Positions 24,408-37,636 are shown, numbered from the whole stretch's first letter. The stretch is DNA of 63,096 nucleotides, filler included, from Collodictyon triciliatum (GCA_043381765.1; 28 parts of 28 records of this genome joined end to end with filler, not necessarily neighbours in it), one strand, 5' to 3'. The notes: generated by a model from the letters alone, not told the origin. Made by a program: numbers and translations.

Positions 24408-24679
24408 AACACACATAGTCCCACATAGAAAGTGAGTGCGAGAGATAGGGAGGGAATCACTTGCTGGCGGAGGTTCATTCTGCTCCGCTGCTTCTGGTCG
24501 TAGTCGTGCTGAACCAACCTTCGCCCAAGCAAACGGATGTGAATCCTAGGATAATATATAAACAGAGAATTAAGAAAAGATGAGCAAGTGGAGGCTGGTG
24601 TCGGCACTTTTTTTTTATGCGGGTGGATGTGCAAAGGACATTTCTCGAGGCACGCTTTTCCTTCTTTTCTTTTTTTTTT

Positions 24680-24784
<105 letters not shown>

Positions 24785-25127
24785 NNNNNNNNNNNNNNNN
24801 NNNNNNNNNNNNNNNNNNNNNNNNNNNNTTAATTAATTAANNNNNNNNNNNNNNNNNNNNNNNNNNNNNNNNNNNNNNNNNNNNAATGAAACAAAAAACA
24901 AAAAAACAAAAAAACAAAAAAACAAAAAAACAAAAAAACAAAAAAACAAAAAAACAAAAAAACAAAATAACAAAAAAAAAACAAAAAAACAAAAAAACAA
25001 AAAACAAAATAAATCAATCAGAGCGAACAAAAAAATCTCGATCAAAAGTGATTCCAGCGCATTAGACATGAAGTGTAGCAGAAAGGGACGATAACTGTTT
25101 TTTTTTTTTTTTTTCATTCTGCGGTAG

Positions 25128-25299
25128 AATATCCCAGAGGCATGCGAGTAATCGGACTCACCGGAGGAATCGCGAGCGGCAAATCCTCTGCTGCCAAGTT
25201 CCTTGCTTCCCTCGGCGCCCACCACATCGATGCAGACCAGGTACACTCCCAAACTTTGCCATGAGTAGACATAGCTTTCCTTTGTCCAAGTTTTTTTTC

Positions 25300-25349
<50 letters not shown>

Positions 25350-26557
25350 CTTTGCTATCCAACCTCACATCACGAGAATACTGTTCAGCCATAAGCACCG
25401 GCATATTGTTTTCCCCTTTCCTTGTGTGCTCATCGTGAGGATTCGCTTGACAGCAGTATCGAAGCTTGACTCAATGCCACAGCGAAAACACTTGCGTAGG
25501 TCGCGCACGAAGCATACTCCCCAACCCGGCAGTCGTTCCAGCAGGTTGTTGATGCCTTTGGCCAGTCGGTTGTTCAGGACGGGCAGATTCATCGGCCTTC
25601 GCTGGGAAAGATAGTCTGGGGAAACAAAGCAGCCCTCGACCGTCTGAGCGCCATCGGTAGGCCAAATATATTAAAGCATATTTGTTGTGAAAGTTCGATG
25701 AGTAAATATATCAATGCCTTGGGGAATGGAAAGTGCTATGTTTCTTTCTATTTCAATTGCATTCTATTTGAGTTTCGCAACCTTTATATGTGGTTCTGTC
25801 ATTATGGACGAAAGCAGCTTGGGTTTCCCTCTCACCGCTATTCTATCGGTGTTTTTAGTTTGGCCTGCAACCCTAGAGATTGTGGAGGAGAAACTGCAAA
25901 ATCTTCAAATAAAGGGGGCAAAAGTAATCAGCAGGAAAATGATACCGCGATGTGTATATTACTTGGTTTGATAAGTGTCAAATAACCTATTGTTTCTATT
26001 TATTTGAAAAGGTTGCAGTTGTGGAGGCAGCAGCTATGATTGAGGCGGGATGGAAAGCTCGAGTCTCAGAAGTTTTTATTCACTTCATTTGATGTCATGA
26101 GACATCACAAAAAATAATTTTTTTAATTCTCCCGATTTTTACTTAAAACATAATTGTAATCTTTTCAGATGTTTTAGCGTTGTAAATTATTCTCCACTTT
26201 ATCACTCAGATGTGGGTCACCTATATCCCTGTTAATGTTGCGTGTGGACGCTTAATGATTAGAAACAACCTGAATGAGGAGGAGGCCATGAAGCGTATTC
26301 AGGTATTGAGACAAACAATATTTACATATGCTCCAAAGCTTACAAACCTTTCTGTGATTCAAACACTTAGCTCTTTCTTTTTCTTTTCTTTTTTTTCTTT
26401 TCCTCATGTATGTTTTCAATAGGCTCAATCCACAAATGAATTCCGCCTTAGTCACGCTGATGTCTCCATTAACACAGACCGTGATATTCATGAGACAAGA
26501 GAGGCTCTGAAGAAAGAGTTTGCAAGGTTCCTTGACAGATACCAAGTTAAATTGTAG
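25128..26557 (+). CDS. Dephospho-CoA kinase domain, probably the C-terminus of bifunctional CoA synthase (5' partial)
   Basis: VIGLTGGIASGKS, IDADQVAHEAY, VVDAFG, LGKIVW..LSAIVWP, VVEAAAMIEAGW, RLMIRNNLNEEEAMKRIQAQ. Confidence 0.9.
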
Positions 26558-26834
26558 CTACTTTACTCGGCGTCACTTTCGGGATAAATACGGTGAATTA
26601 ATAAAAGCTTGACTCTTGTCAGATTCTTGGACGTGCCCTCAACCTGGTTTTCTATTGTTCCATTATATCCCACTCTATCGATATCTTTGTGGTGCGTCTT
26701 TGTGTGATCAAATTATATTGATGTACTCTGTAATCAAACAAAAGTGCTGTCGATCAATTCACAGGCCCCTTTCCGATAGTTATATATGTATTAAAATGCT
26801 TTTATTTCCTCGACAACCGATTCTGTATACTCAC

Positions 26835-27044
26835 TGCGAAATGTCAATACCCCTGAACGAGCCATTGGCAGCAGGACAAATATACTGGGACAACCAGAAA
26901 GGCTTCTGCATCATCAAACAGGTTCACGAAGGCAACGCGGCCACCATCAGAGAAATCTCACTCAAAGAAGACGGCTCGTACATCACAACGCCAGGCTCCA
27001 CCGCATTCCGCACACAAGAAACACAGCCAACCACAGCCGTCCTG
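26835..27044 (+). mobile_element. 5'-truncated LINE ORF2 fragment running into the contig end
   Basis: Abrupt switch to C/A-rich intronless ORF (IPLNEPLAAGQIYWDNQKG..STAFRTQETQPTTAVL); the last 48 nt match 4665-4712 on the minus strand. Confidence 0.55.
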
Positions 27045-27180
27045 NNNNNNNNNNNNNNNNNNNNNNNNNNNNNNNNNNNNNNNNNNNNTTAATTAATTAA
27101 NNNNNNNNNNNNNNNNNNNNNNNNNNNNNNNNNNNNNNNNNNNNGGCTAATCTATGCATCTTTCTTACTACTCTATGTAG

Positions 27181-27283
27181 GGGGTGTGAATGTGGGCTGG
27201 ATTGTGCACCTGATGACTCCTTCTGGGTTGAATCTCGCGAGGGATTCGGAAAACGCCAAGTGAAGTCTGGCCTGGATGCGTGA
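27181..27283 (+). CDS. Putative terminal exon of an unidentified gene upstream of LRR locus B
   Basis: Homolog of 15942-16044 encoding the same peptide. Confidence 0.55.
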
Positions 27284-28195
27284 CGCAAGCCCCACGCGGG
27301 GGAGGCTGACGCTCCACGTTCATTGATCCAAAAGCTAGAGAAGGGTTGGCACCCCTTTTTTCGCGCGCGTGATGCGCGAAGCAGCTTGAAGCAGCAGCCA
27401 GCAACCAACAAAGCAAGTAGTGTGTTTTGTCTCGACTGCCTTCCTCAAGTCGTCTTTCAAGCTTCACTCACACATGTGCGAGCACACACGAGACTCGAAC
27501 AGCCTTCGACTTGCTTTCAGCTAAATAATGCAGTGTTTTTACTATGACACGCACGAAGCTTCTCAAGTAAGTCTTCTCTTCACTTTGCCACTTCATTATG
27601 TTTTTTGTTTTCTGTCTTCAGAATTCTCTTTTTTATTTTGCTACAAAACAGACACACACGAAGCTTTCTCTCAAGTCATTCTCCCACTTTGCCATTTGAT
27701 TTTTCTTTAGAATTTTGGCAAAATTTCCGCTTCATACTGCTGCCCACGCGCGAAGCTTCTTGTAAGTCTTATTGTTATCGAATCATAATTTGTCTTATGT
27801 TTTTTTGTTAGATTTCGTCGAACTTTGCTAAACTTTTTTATTTTCCAGTTATTGTGTTTTTCATGTTATTTTCAATAGAAGTCTTCCAAATCAACCTTTT
27901 TTTTCTTGCCAGCCGTCTAGTTTTCGCCGCTATCTCCGCTATCCTTACTATTGACGCTCAAAACCCAAGTGCACCTCCGGATATCTGCTATTTATTTCGC
28001 AGTTGATTCGTCCCTCTTCACTTTCCTTCCTTTCTGCCACAACCAGTGATCTGCAACCCGTCACCTTCTCCCATTCCCAAGCAATATGACACCAAACAAA
28101 TAAACACTGCGCAACCTGCTCACACAAAACTCGACTCATTCGTCTCCAGTTACCTCAGAGAGCGCCACAACCACTTTCCGTCCCCCTCCGCCGCC

Positions 28196-29301
28196 ATGGC
28201 TGATCGCGCCGCCCGTCTCGAAGAGCTGCGAGAAATCGTCGATTTCGACAGCAGCGCGGAGCTCGAAGAATGCACAGAGCTGTATCTCGATAGGAAAAAT
28301 CTGACTTCTGTGCCGCCTGGTGTCTGGGATCTGCCAGGCTTGGAGTACTTGTGGCTCGTTGGAAATGAGCTTTCGTCGCTGCCGCCAGAAATATCGCGGC
28401 TGACGGGACTCACGTACCTTAGTGTTGGTGGGAACCAGCTTTCGTCGCTGCCGCCGGAAATATCGCAGTTGACGGGACTCACGGAGCTTCGTGTTGGTGG
28501 AAACCAGCTTTCGTCGCTGCCGCCGGAAATATCGCAGTTGACGGGACTCAAGTGGCTTAGTGTTAGTGGAAACCAGCTTTCGTCGCTGCCGCCGGAAATA
28601 TCGCAGTTGACGGGACTCAAGTGGCTTAGTGTTAGTGGAAACCAGCTTTCGTCGCTGCCAACGGAAATATCGCAGTTGACAGGACTCAAGTTACTTAATG
28701 TTAGTTACAACCAGCTTTCGTCGCTGCCGCCGGAAATATCGCAGTTGTCGGGACTCAAGTGGCTTAGTGTTAGTGGAAACCAGCTTTCGTCGCTGCCGCC
28801 GGAAATATCGCAGTTGACAGGACTCGAAGCGCTTGATGTTTCCCTGAACCCTGTAAGTGTTTTTTATTTTTTATTTTATTTTTTATGTTTTTATGAAAGA
28901 AAAGTGACTAACGATGTGTGCAGATCGAGGAGCTTCCACCGCAAATCACGGCACTCACGAATCTGAAGAATCTTAACACCGAGTCTGGAGGCAAAATAGA
29001 TATCAAGCGTGCACCGCGTGGAATCACGAACCTGCCGTGCTGGAAAGAAAAAGGAAGAGATGCAGACGCGCTCCAAAAGCTGCGGCTATACGAAGTACCA
29101 GTAAGTCATATTAATACAATAAAATAAAACGTTTTTTTTTTTTTAAAAAAAACGAAGAATACTAAAAATAACGAATAGGATGCAGATATGCTGAAGCCAG
29201 GCTGGACACCGAACGCAACCCAAATCCGCTTTGAATCGCTGAATTTTTACGGAATGAACATATCTGCGCTTCCACCCAACATCACGCGCATGACAAATAT
29301 C
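28196..29301 (+). CDS. LRR protein, locus B (exons 28196-28852, 28924-29100, 29179->29301; 3' partial)
   Basis: Same start context and exon structure as locus A; exon 1 is exactly 138 nt (2x69) longer. Confidence 0.93.
28364..28852 (+). repeat. Seven 69-bp coding tandem repeats (48-bp constant + 21-bp variable)
   Basis: Same constant unit as 17138-17488 at exact 69-nt periodicity. Confidence 0.95.
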
Positions 29302-29537
29302 NNNNNNNNNNNNNNNNNNNNNNNNNNNNNNNNNNNNNNNNNNNNTTAATTAATTAANNNNNNNNNNNNNNNNNNNNNNNNNNNNNNNNNNNNNNNNNNN
29401 NAAAGAAGAAAAAAGAAGAAAAAAAGAAGAAAAAAAGAAGAAAATAGAAGAAAAAGGAAGAAAAAGAGAAGAAAAAGAGAAAAGAAAAAAGAAATGGCAT
29501 TTTTTCTCAAGATGCGAGTCAAGGAAAAGCAATATAC

Positions 29538-31422
29538 CTTGCGGTCCAATATAGACTTTTCCGTTCCTGAGAATCTGCATGTCGACTTTTTCGTCCTTTT
29601 TTGCCTTCTTATTAAACTCTAGTACATCTTGTTCTGTGAGTTTCTTCGACGACGACTTGAACGGGACAGGAAGTGTGACTTGTATTTCCCCAATCAATTC
29701 CGAGTACGACTCAAATAGCTTGGATATCATCATGTTCATTATGAATACGTAGTCAGAGCCCATGGTCGATTCACAAACGTATTCCCTGATGTCAAATAGG
29801 ATGGTCTTCTCGTCCACAATATGAATCAATATCCTCAGATTTTCGCCAGGTATAAACTCGATATCCGGGTCGCTCGGGTCGCGCATGGAAAGCCTGAGTA
29901 TGACAAAGTTTTTGGCTATGGTGTAGTATTCGGATACAGGTGAGTCCGGCACATCTGTCCAAACGGCCTTGAGAGCGTTTATCAGAACGCGGCTCTGGTC
30001 ATAGTCTGACATAGCTTTTTTTGTCGAAATGACAAACGAGAACTCCGAAATGCAAAAGTCTTCAGTCTCTTGGTTCCACTGCGCATTCAGTTCGATGTCG
30101 GAAAAGAGCTTCGGGACAGCAACACACTCGTCATTAAAATCAAACGCAACCCCAAACTTGTGCATAACCCGCCACATGTAAGACATGAATTCATCCGAAA
30201 ATTCCACACTACCACTCCTTATGGAAGAGCGACCCATAGATGAAGACGATGCACCGAGGCCTGCTTCTTTCTCTGCAGACCATTGAGCCTCCATGAATTT
30301 GTCATGGACCTTCTCCTCCTGGAGTTTCTCCATATATCGAGACTTGAGTATGATTCCCTCGGTGTGGTCCTCTTCCTTGACGGTGGAGATGCACTGCAGC
30401 ATGTCGATTACGATTCTCGGATACAATATCGATGATTCCTTGCAGTGTTCATCCTCAAACCACAGAATATCCCCTATCACATGCAAGTATCTCAGCGCGG
30501 CCTCTATCTGGTCTGCGGAGAGATTCAATTGAAACTTGAGTTGGTTTAGGATGAAGGTTATTGGATAAAAGATGTGTTGAGTTCTCAGCTCCTGAAGTTT
30601 GTTAGATAGCTCTACAAAAGCAGATGGCATAGGTTTTTTGAAGACATCCAAAGACATGAACGATGTGTATATTTGCTTCCTTAAAGACTTGGTTTCCTCG
30701 GCACTGCCTTGTCCAATAATGCAGTCCCACCGAACGGACTTGAACTTTCCTTTGTATGCACTGACAACAGACTCTAGTTTTTTTAGTACATCCTTCTTTG
30801 CTTGCTGACTCAACCCATCTCCGTGCGTCCCTATTATGACCACTGACGACTCCCCAGCATACTTTGACAGCAGCTCAAGCCATGGCTTGGTTTGCCGAGA
30901 TATATCAGAGTCGCTGGCATTGTAAGTTATCACTGAGACCGTTCCTTGAGACAAGAAAACGGGTGCGCACAGTTCTCCTCTAGTGCCTGCCTCAAACTCC
31001 CACACGTTCAAGTCGAAGACTCTTTTCTCGCCGTCGATGCTAAAGTTTGGTTGATTGTGGATGCGAATCCCTCCCGTTCTGCTTTCAGCGACTGAGGGTT
31101 CTGCACTCGGCTGTCCTGAAACATTAAAAATTTTTTGGTACGTACACGACTTCCCTGACCCTTTGTCTCCCATGATGAAGAGTCTTCCTTTTCTCCACTC
31201 AACCCCATTGGACATTATTATATCTGAGAACTTTCGAAGAAAGTCAGATACCGCTTGTTTCTTCTGATTGTAAAAGGATTTGGCGTATCCGACTAGATTC
31301 GACAGCTTCCCGTGGATGAATGGGATGGCAATATGTTCTTGTATGGGGTTTCCTTTGAGATTAATCACGACCTTCTTGTTTTTCACTTCCTGATTGAGAA
31401 TCTTGTGGGGAATCGAGGCAAT
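29538..31422 (-). CDS. ROCO protein: last LRR + Roc GTPase + COR domain in one large exon (partial)
   Basis: IASIPHKI..INLKGNPI (LRR end); RLFIMGDKGSGKS (P-loop); RTGGIRI; LNVWEF; VVIIGTHGD; COR motif ALRYLHVIGDILWF. Confidence 0.88.
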
Positions 31423-31960
31423 CTGGTGAAGAAAAATGTGAAGCCATTATGTTTTATGTTTTCCCGTTTTTTTTTTAAAAATTTTTTTTATAATAAACGT
31501 TATTAGGGAACGAGACAAAAATGACAAAAAGAAAAAAAAAAAAAAAAAAAAACGAAGGGNNNNNNNNNNNNNNNNNNNNNNNNNNNNNNNNNNNNNNNNN
31601 NNNTTAATTAATTAANNNNNNNNNNNNNNNNNNNNNNNNNNNNNNNNNNNNNNNNNNNNTATGTATGTATGTATGTATGTATGTATGTATGTATGTATGT
31701 ATGTATGTATGTATGTATGTATGTATGTATGTATGTATGTATGTATGTATGTATTATGCAAAATCAATTATTGTATCGGCCTAGGTTCTTGGTGTTGAGT
31801 TGTATGATTACTTTTTGCCGCCTGGAGAGGTACACAATATCAGGAAACCAAACATTATCAGAAGTTCTGCTGGAGTCGATATATGACTGGATTCATTCTC
31901 TTCTCCAGAGAATCTGGGGGAATATAGCTCAATAACCATTTTTTAATTTTGATATGCTAG

Positions 31961-33064
31961 GTAGTCGCAGAAGATGATATTTTTGCCACATGGTACTCTG
32001 CCTTCTTTGTTGCAGGAAGGATGATCGTGTCCGCTGATTGGAGTGATGTAAATCATATCCCATAGCACCCAGTACTTCTGAGCCGATCACTCTAATTTAA
32101 TCAACTTAACCATTTTGTCCCCCAGTTAATTATCATTTTTATCACTGCATCAACGTTTCTGACTAGGTGATGCACGAGTTGATGAAAAAAACGACACCAT
32201 TACTCGCATGGTACTTTATCGGGTTTTATGTAAGTAACCGGTTGCATTATTTATGACCATCTTACTGGGAACATTTTAAGAGACCTTTTACCCTTTTTTT
32301 TTTTATTTGGATGTTGTTATTTTGCCCACATGACGCAACAATTTCCCAATCATTGTTTATTGTCTTGCATATGAAGTGCATAGGCGGAATCCCTTTAATT
32401 TTTTTTTTTTTGGCTTATACAGCTCCTTGGTGCTATTACATTTTTGAATCTACTCACAGCGTTGACCATCGACTTTTATCGACTTCAATATTCTGACCAA
32501 AATCAGAAGGATTTGGAAAAGACAATTAAAATTCCTCACAACGATGAAGTTGAGGGTGCAAAGATAGTAAATGTGAGCGCGATTGTCACGTACATTCGTA
32601 TATTCTGTTGCGTATATAAACGATCCAAAAAGAAAAATATCACCTATGAAATACTCATTCGCCCACTCACAAAATGCTTGTTCATACCGATGAAATCATA
32701 TCACTGTATTTGATGAGTTCATTTAATTTTTCGTCACATTCTCGATAGTATTGCTCCCTTCACGTATTTTAGTATCAATTTAACCCTTATGCCACCACTT
32801 GGTTGGTCTAGGTATTGCATGTTTGGTTTGAGCCACAGACAAACTGGAGACAGCAGCTTGCTGGTGTGGCTGACCTAACTGAGATATCAGAAGACACCAT
32901 CCTCTCATGCCAAAAGTACACGAAAGTCAATTTAACAGAGACCATCAAGAAAAGAAACAGTCACCACTCGAAGACTCATGAAACGCCCAAGGATGAGCCA
33001 ACCCTAATTCCATTCAAAAAATCGGAAACAGCAAGTATGACTTTATAGTCTGCATGATAGAAAA

Positions 33065-33159
<95 letters not shown>

Positions 33160-33515
33160 AGGTGAAACGTGGAGCACATTAAACAGAACTCGATAGGAAA
33201 TTAATACCGGATTGAAAAGAAAAATATTGAAGTATTACCCTTTTGAAAACAAAAGCCCATTGACGCCAACAATTATAATCGCTTTCTTCTGTCATGTCCT
33301 TAGAATCAGAGACCGGAGCATCGCCTGCCAGCACTGAGTCTACTGCATCGAAGCTGTCAGAAAACGCTGCTTCTACCGTGTCCTCGATATCCAGGAAACT
33401 ATCAGCTGCATCAGCAGGTAAAACACTGGAATCATCCCCCAATCCTGCGGCTGATGGCGCGTCTCATACCGGGTCGCCTGACCAGAAACCCACACCCTCC
33501 GCTGATGCCAGTTAA
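31961..33515 (+). CDS. Voltage-gated cation channel superfamily (TPC/Cav-like) pore-S6 and C-terminal tail (5' partial)
   Basis: Spliced FATWYSAFFVAGRMIVSADWSDVMHE..AWYFIGFYLLGAITFLNLLTALTIDFY fits the pore helix, W-x-x-V-M and S6 FLNL..A..ID pattern; the S-rich exon ~33304-33515 joins in frame via a phase-1 intron. Confidence 0.7.
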
Positions 33516-33779
33516 GCTGTTCGCCTGGTCACTGTTTCATGGCCTATGCTCGCGAGCACGCAGCAGATGCAAAGGCCAAGTCATAAAATAAAGAACGAAC
33601 TTAAACGAGTGGCCCGCACCTTGTCTCTCTTTGTCTTTGCACACCCACCCCAAGGAGGCTGTAAGGATTGAAAGTATTTTGCCCTTCTCCTTAAAGTTGG
33701 TAGGCTTGCTACAACTGAATCCCCTTAAAACTGAACAGGACAAATAAAAAAAACAAAAAACAAAAAAAAAAACAAAAAA

Positions 33780-33816
<37 letters not shown>

Positions 33817-33954
33817 NNNNNNNNNNNNNNNNNNNNNNNNNNNNNNNNNNNNNNNNNNNNTTAATTAATTAANNNNNNNNNNNNNNNNNNNNNNNNNNNN
33901 NNNNNNNNNNNNNNNNAGAAAAAAGAAAAGAAAAAAGAAAAGAAAAAAGAAAAG

Positions 33955-33987
<33 letters not shown>

Positions 33988-34034
33988 GAAAAAAGAAAAG
34001 AAAAGAAAAAAGATAAGGAAAGCTAAGTGATTCA

Positions 34035-36069
34035 CACAATCCATTTTTCTTTTCGATGTTGGGATGTTACCCTCTAATCGCTTCTCATGGAAGGAATGTG
34101 TAGATCTTTCAGAGCCTCCTGTATGCGACACGTGCCCGCCAGAGACACTGGGTCCCCCTTGTGCTTTTCGATGGACAAGTTCAAGGGTCGACGCACCCAC
34201 CTGGCTCGTACTTACTGGCGGTGACGGTTGTGTCTTGGTGGACAGAGGGGATGTAACATTAGCTGAACCAGGTGATGAGCAGGAGTTTGCTATGTTGGTC
34301 GAGCCTGAATCGTTGGATGACCCAAGAGAGGAAGATGCAAGGCCTCTCCTGCCCGATTCACTTATAACTCGGTTCGTGTCCATATGCTGCACCAGGCCTG
34401 CCTCTCTTGGATCAGAATCATGAGGAATTAAGGACAGACCCAGGCCGGTATCCGAGGCGAATGCTTCGTCGTTGAATATAAAATCATCTTGGCTTGATTC
34501 AGAGAACGACGCCAAGAGAGAGTCAGGAAATAGGGTGTCAAAGGGTGGGTCAGCTTTACTATCATGTTTTTCCGTTTCGTTGCTCTGCTTTGTATTTTCA
34601 TCGAGAATATCGCCAGTCATAAAATCCCGGTTCGCACCGCTACTTTGAACCCTCAAGCTGGAAGCGTCGATACTGCCTATCGAACAAGTCATTTCTTGAT
34701 TGGGATAAGAAGAAAAAGGATAATTTTGCTGTGGGGCATGCGGCGATATCTGGGAGGAGGCAGTTGCATTTCCGTAAGGGGCACCAGCGTCAGATTGTAC
34801 ACCAATACCAGAGTCAGTAGAATCGAGGAAATTTCTTTCACTTTGGAAATTGGCCTCGTCGAAAGAATTCTCGGTTTGCCTGCCTGATTCTTGAGGATAT
34901 GCACTCATTTGATGGCGTGATTCAAATGATAGAACGCTCTCGTGAGAAAGCTGGGACCCGTGGTATAGTCGACCACTATCCAAGGTATTTGCATACTGAC
35001 TATTACTGTAAGTGCGATTAAGATGTCCTAGATTACGAAAGGAACTTTCATGAAGGCCTTGGTTGTGGTGTGTTTGAACAGCCTTTGGTGCTATGGGTGG
35101 TTTTTTGTAAGCATCCTTATAATCGATGAAGTTCATAGGAATCGAGTGCAATTTTTCTTTGTTATCGCTATTTTGGAGTCCACTCTGTGGGTTCGCAGTC
35201 CCAGCCTTCTTGGGAGGTGAGTAATTCATCTGAAAATCAGAAAATATAGAGCTATCTGTTACATTTACATCAGAGGAAAAACGTTCTTGTTCTGACGGTC
35301 TGCCTACTGTCGGAGTGCTTGTAGTATTTCTCAAAATAGAGGGATTGATATTGAATTGAGTTGGCCTCTCTGAATCATACGAGCTTAAATTCGTTTGTGG
35401 CTCAGGTTGGAGACCGACTTGAGGAAACGGTAGACGCGGATTAGCATGTGCAGGCAATGTCATTTGCTGCCGTGCAAGATACTCTGAGGGTTTTCCTGTT
35501 TCTTGACTCTGAAATGCAGATTGAGGGTAATTATCTAGGCAGTCCGAATCAAAGGCCTTTGCAAAACTAATTCCCCGAACACCGCCATAATCGTCCTCAT
35601 CATCCATCTCAGTTAATTCTATAGACACGGGTGGCTTTGGAGGCTCATGTACCGCTGCAGTGGGTCCAACCGACTGTGGGAAGGGTAAAAACATAGGCAT
35701 CGTCGCGTGTACGAGTCGTGCATCAGGGTAGCTATTGGAACCCGTGGAACTTTGTGAACTCGACGAATTTCGGCGACTTCCTGCATTGCTGTCATCTTCC
35801 GAGTGACTTTGTCCCAGTGAACCGATGCTGTCGTTCGATTCTCGATAGGGTTCTAAGGAATGTGGCTGTTGGGTCGGAGATATATGCAGTGGTGTCTGCC
35901 CCAACGGTAAATAATATCCTTGAGAGTGAGTCGTTTCAGGTACATGATGGAACTGAAGCCAATTTTGTGTCATCGTGGAAACCGGGGGTCGGCTATTCTC
36001 AGGTGACCGCGAGTAGCTTGATGCAGGTGAGTGCGATGCAGGGCTTAAATGAGCACTGCTTGGTCGGCT
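34035..36069 (-). CDS. Large S/Q/P-rich, probably disordered exon of an unknown protein
   Basis: ~2 kb open frame of low-complexity composition with no recognisable domain. Confidence 0.7.
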
Positions 36070-36169
36070 NNNNNNNNNNNNNNNNNNNNNNNNNNNNNNN
36101 NNNNNNNNNNNNNTTAATTAATTAANNNNNNNNNNNNNNNNNNNNNNNNNNNNNNNNNNNNNNNNNNNN

Positions 36170-36238
<69 letters not shown>

Positions 36239-36353
36239 AAAAAAAACAAAAAAAACAAAAAAAACAAAAAAAACAGAAAAAGAGAGAAAAAGGAAGCACT
36301 GCCAAACCGCAAGACTGACCGGACCGCCACGCAGGACAAAGTCTGCCTGCAAC

Positions 36354-37636
36354 ATGAGCTCAGCCCGCACCATGCAGACAGCCGTGGGCGGATCAACCGG
36401 CGCAGCCGCCACGCTGGGAGAATCGGTCGCATACAGCCACGCAGACGCCATGGGCGGGCATCGGCACGATCTGCCTGACTCTTCAGACCATCTGTCTGAT
36501 TCGTCCGCAGCCTCGTCTTCGTCCTCGCCTGATTCATCCTCCTCTCCCTCGTCGTCCTCCGCAGCAGACTCTGAGTCCAGCACGCCCACAACGCGCAGCA
36601 GAGCCACAGAGACAGATGCAGTCTCATGTTCCGGTTTGCCGGCTTATCTGCAGCCACTCGAGCCGTCTGTGGTCCCCCGGTCCTCATTGCAGACGCCGCT
36701 CTTGGGGGACGAAGAGGAGGAAGATGCCGCACAGAATCGCCTTTTTGTCTTCCGCAAGATGGCCTTTACTCTCTCCCTGACTTTCATGATTCTTATCGCC
36801 ATATGGGTCTGTTTCTCGTCTGAGATGTTGATGCTGTGATGCTGTCAATGTTCTCTTTGCTTAATTTATTAACGTAGTTTCTAGATTAAAATGTTCAATT
36901 AGAAATTTAGTTAATGTTTGTTTTCATTTTTCTTTTATTTTTTTTTTCATTCGATATTTGTGCATGCTTTTGTGTGGCCGTATGGCGATTGTGTGGAATC
37001 GTGTCCAAGCATCCATCATGCTCAACCACATTCAATCATCCCACCCAGGCACCTACTATGCACTACGACATTGGATACTGGGCCGTGGTGGCCGGATTCA
37101 TCTACCTATCTCTGGATCTGCAGACGAGCCTCAACGAGTACTTTGTGATCATCACGCATCCTGCTGCCTCTGTTCTGGCCTGCGTCAGCGCCGTCATCGG
37201 CTGCTTTGTTGCCTACTACCACCCTCATCTGATCGACCAACGCGCTGCCGATGATGCGGTCAATCCCTCGCTCGGCTGGATTCTCCATGCTGCCATTTAC
37301 TGGTATCCACTTGCCATCATTTCTCTGGATCTCTATGTAGGCCGTGAAGTCCTTCGCAAGCTCTACTTTCTGCATCTTACGTGGCCCTTGCATGACAAGC
37401 GGACACGGCGCACAATCATTTGGATCTTTGCTTCCGCCCCGGCCGTTTTGGCTGTGTGGGACGCCTCAGATTTCGGAATCAGACGAGTGTACGAATCATC
37501 CGCGATGGACACGCCACGTCTGTGGGTTGTCATCGCCTTGTCGTGTCTTATCGCATCAACTGTCCTCACATACTTGGTCCGTTTCACCTCGGATTACTAT
37601 CTTCTGCCAAACAATCCCATTGTTGTGTTGAAGTGA
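36354..37636 (+). CDS. Multi-pass membrane protein (two exons, intron ~36807-37048), possibly FAR-17a/AIG1-like
   Basis: Ser-rich N-terminus with QTPLL dileucine-like motif, then ~6 hydrophobic helices including a H..YWYP motif; family assignment is weak. Confidence 0.6.

Noticed and set aside
29302-29401. LRR locus B adjacent to the ROCO gene as a physical cluster
   Set aside because: They are separated by an artificial linker, and contig order appears to reflect size sorting.
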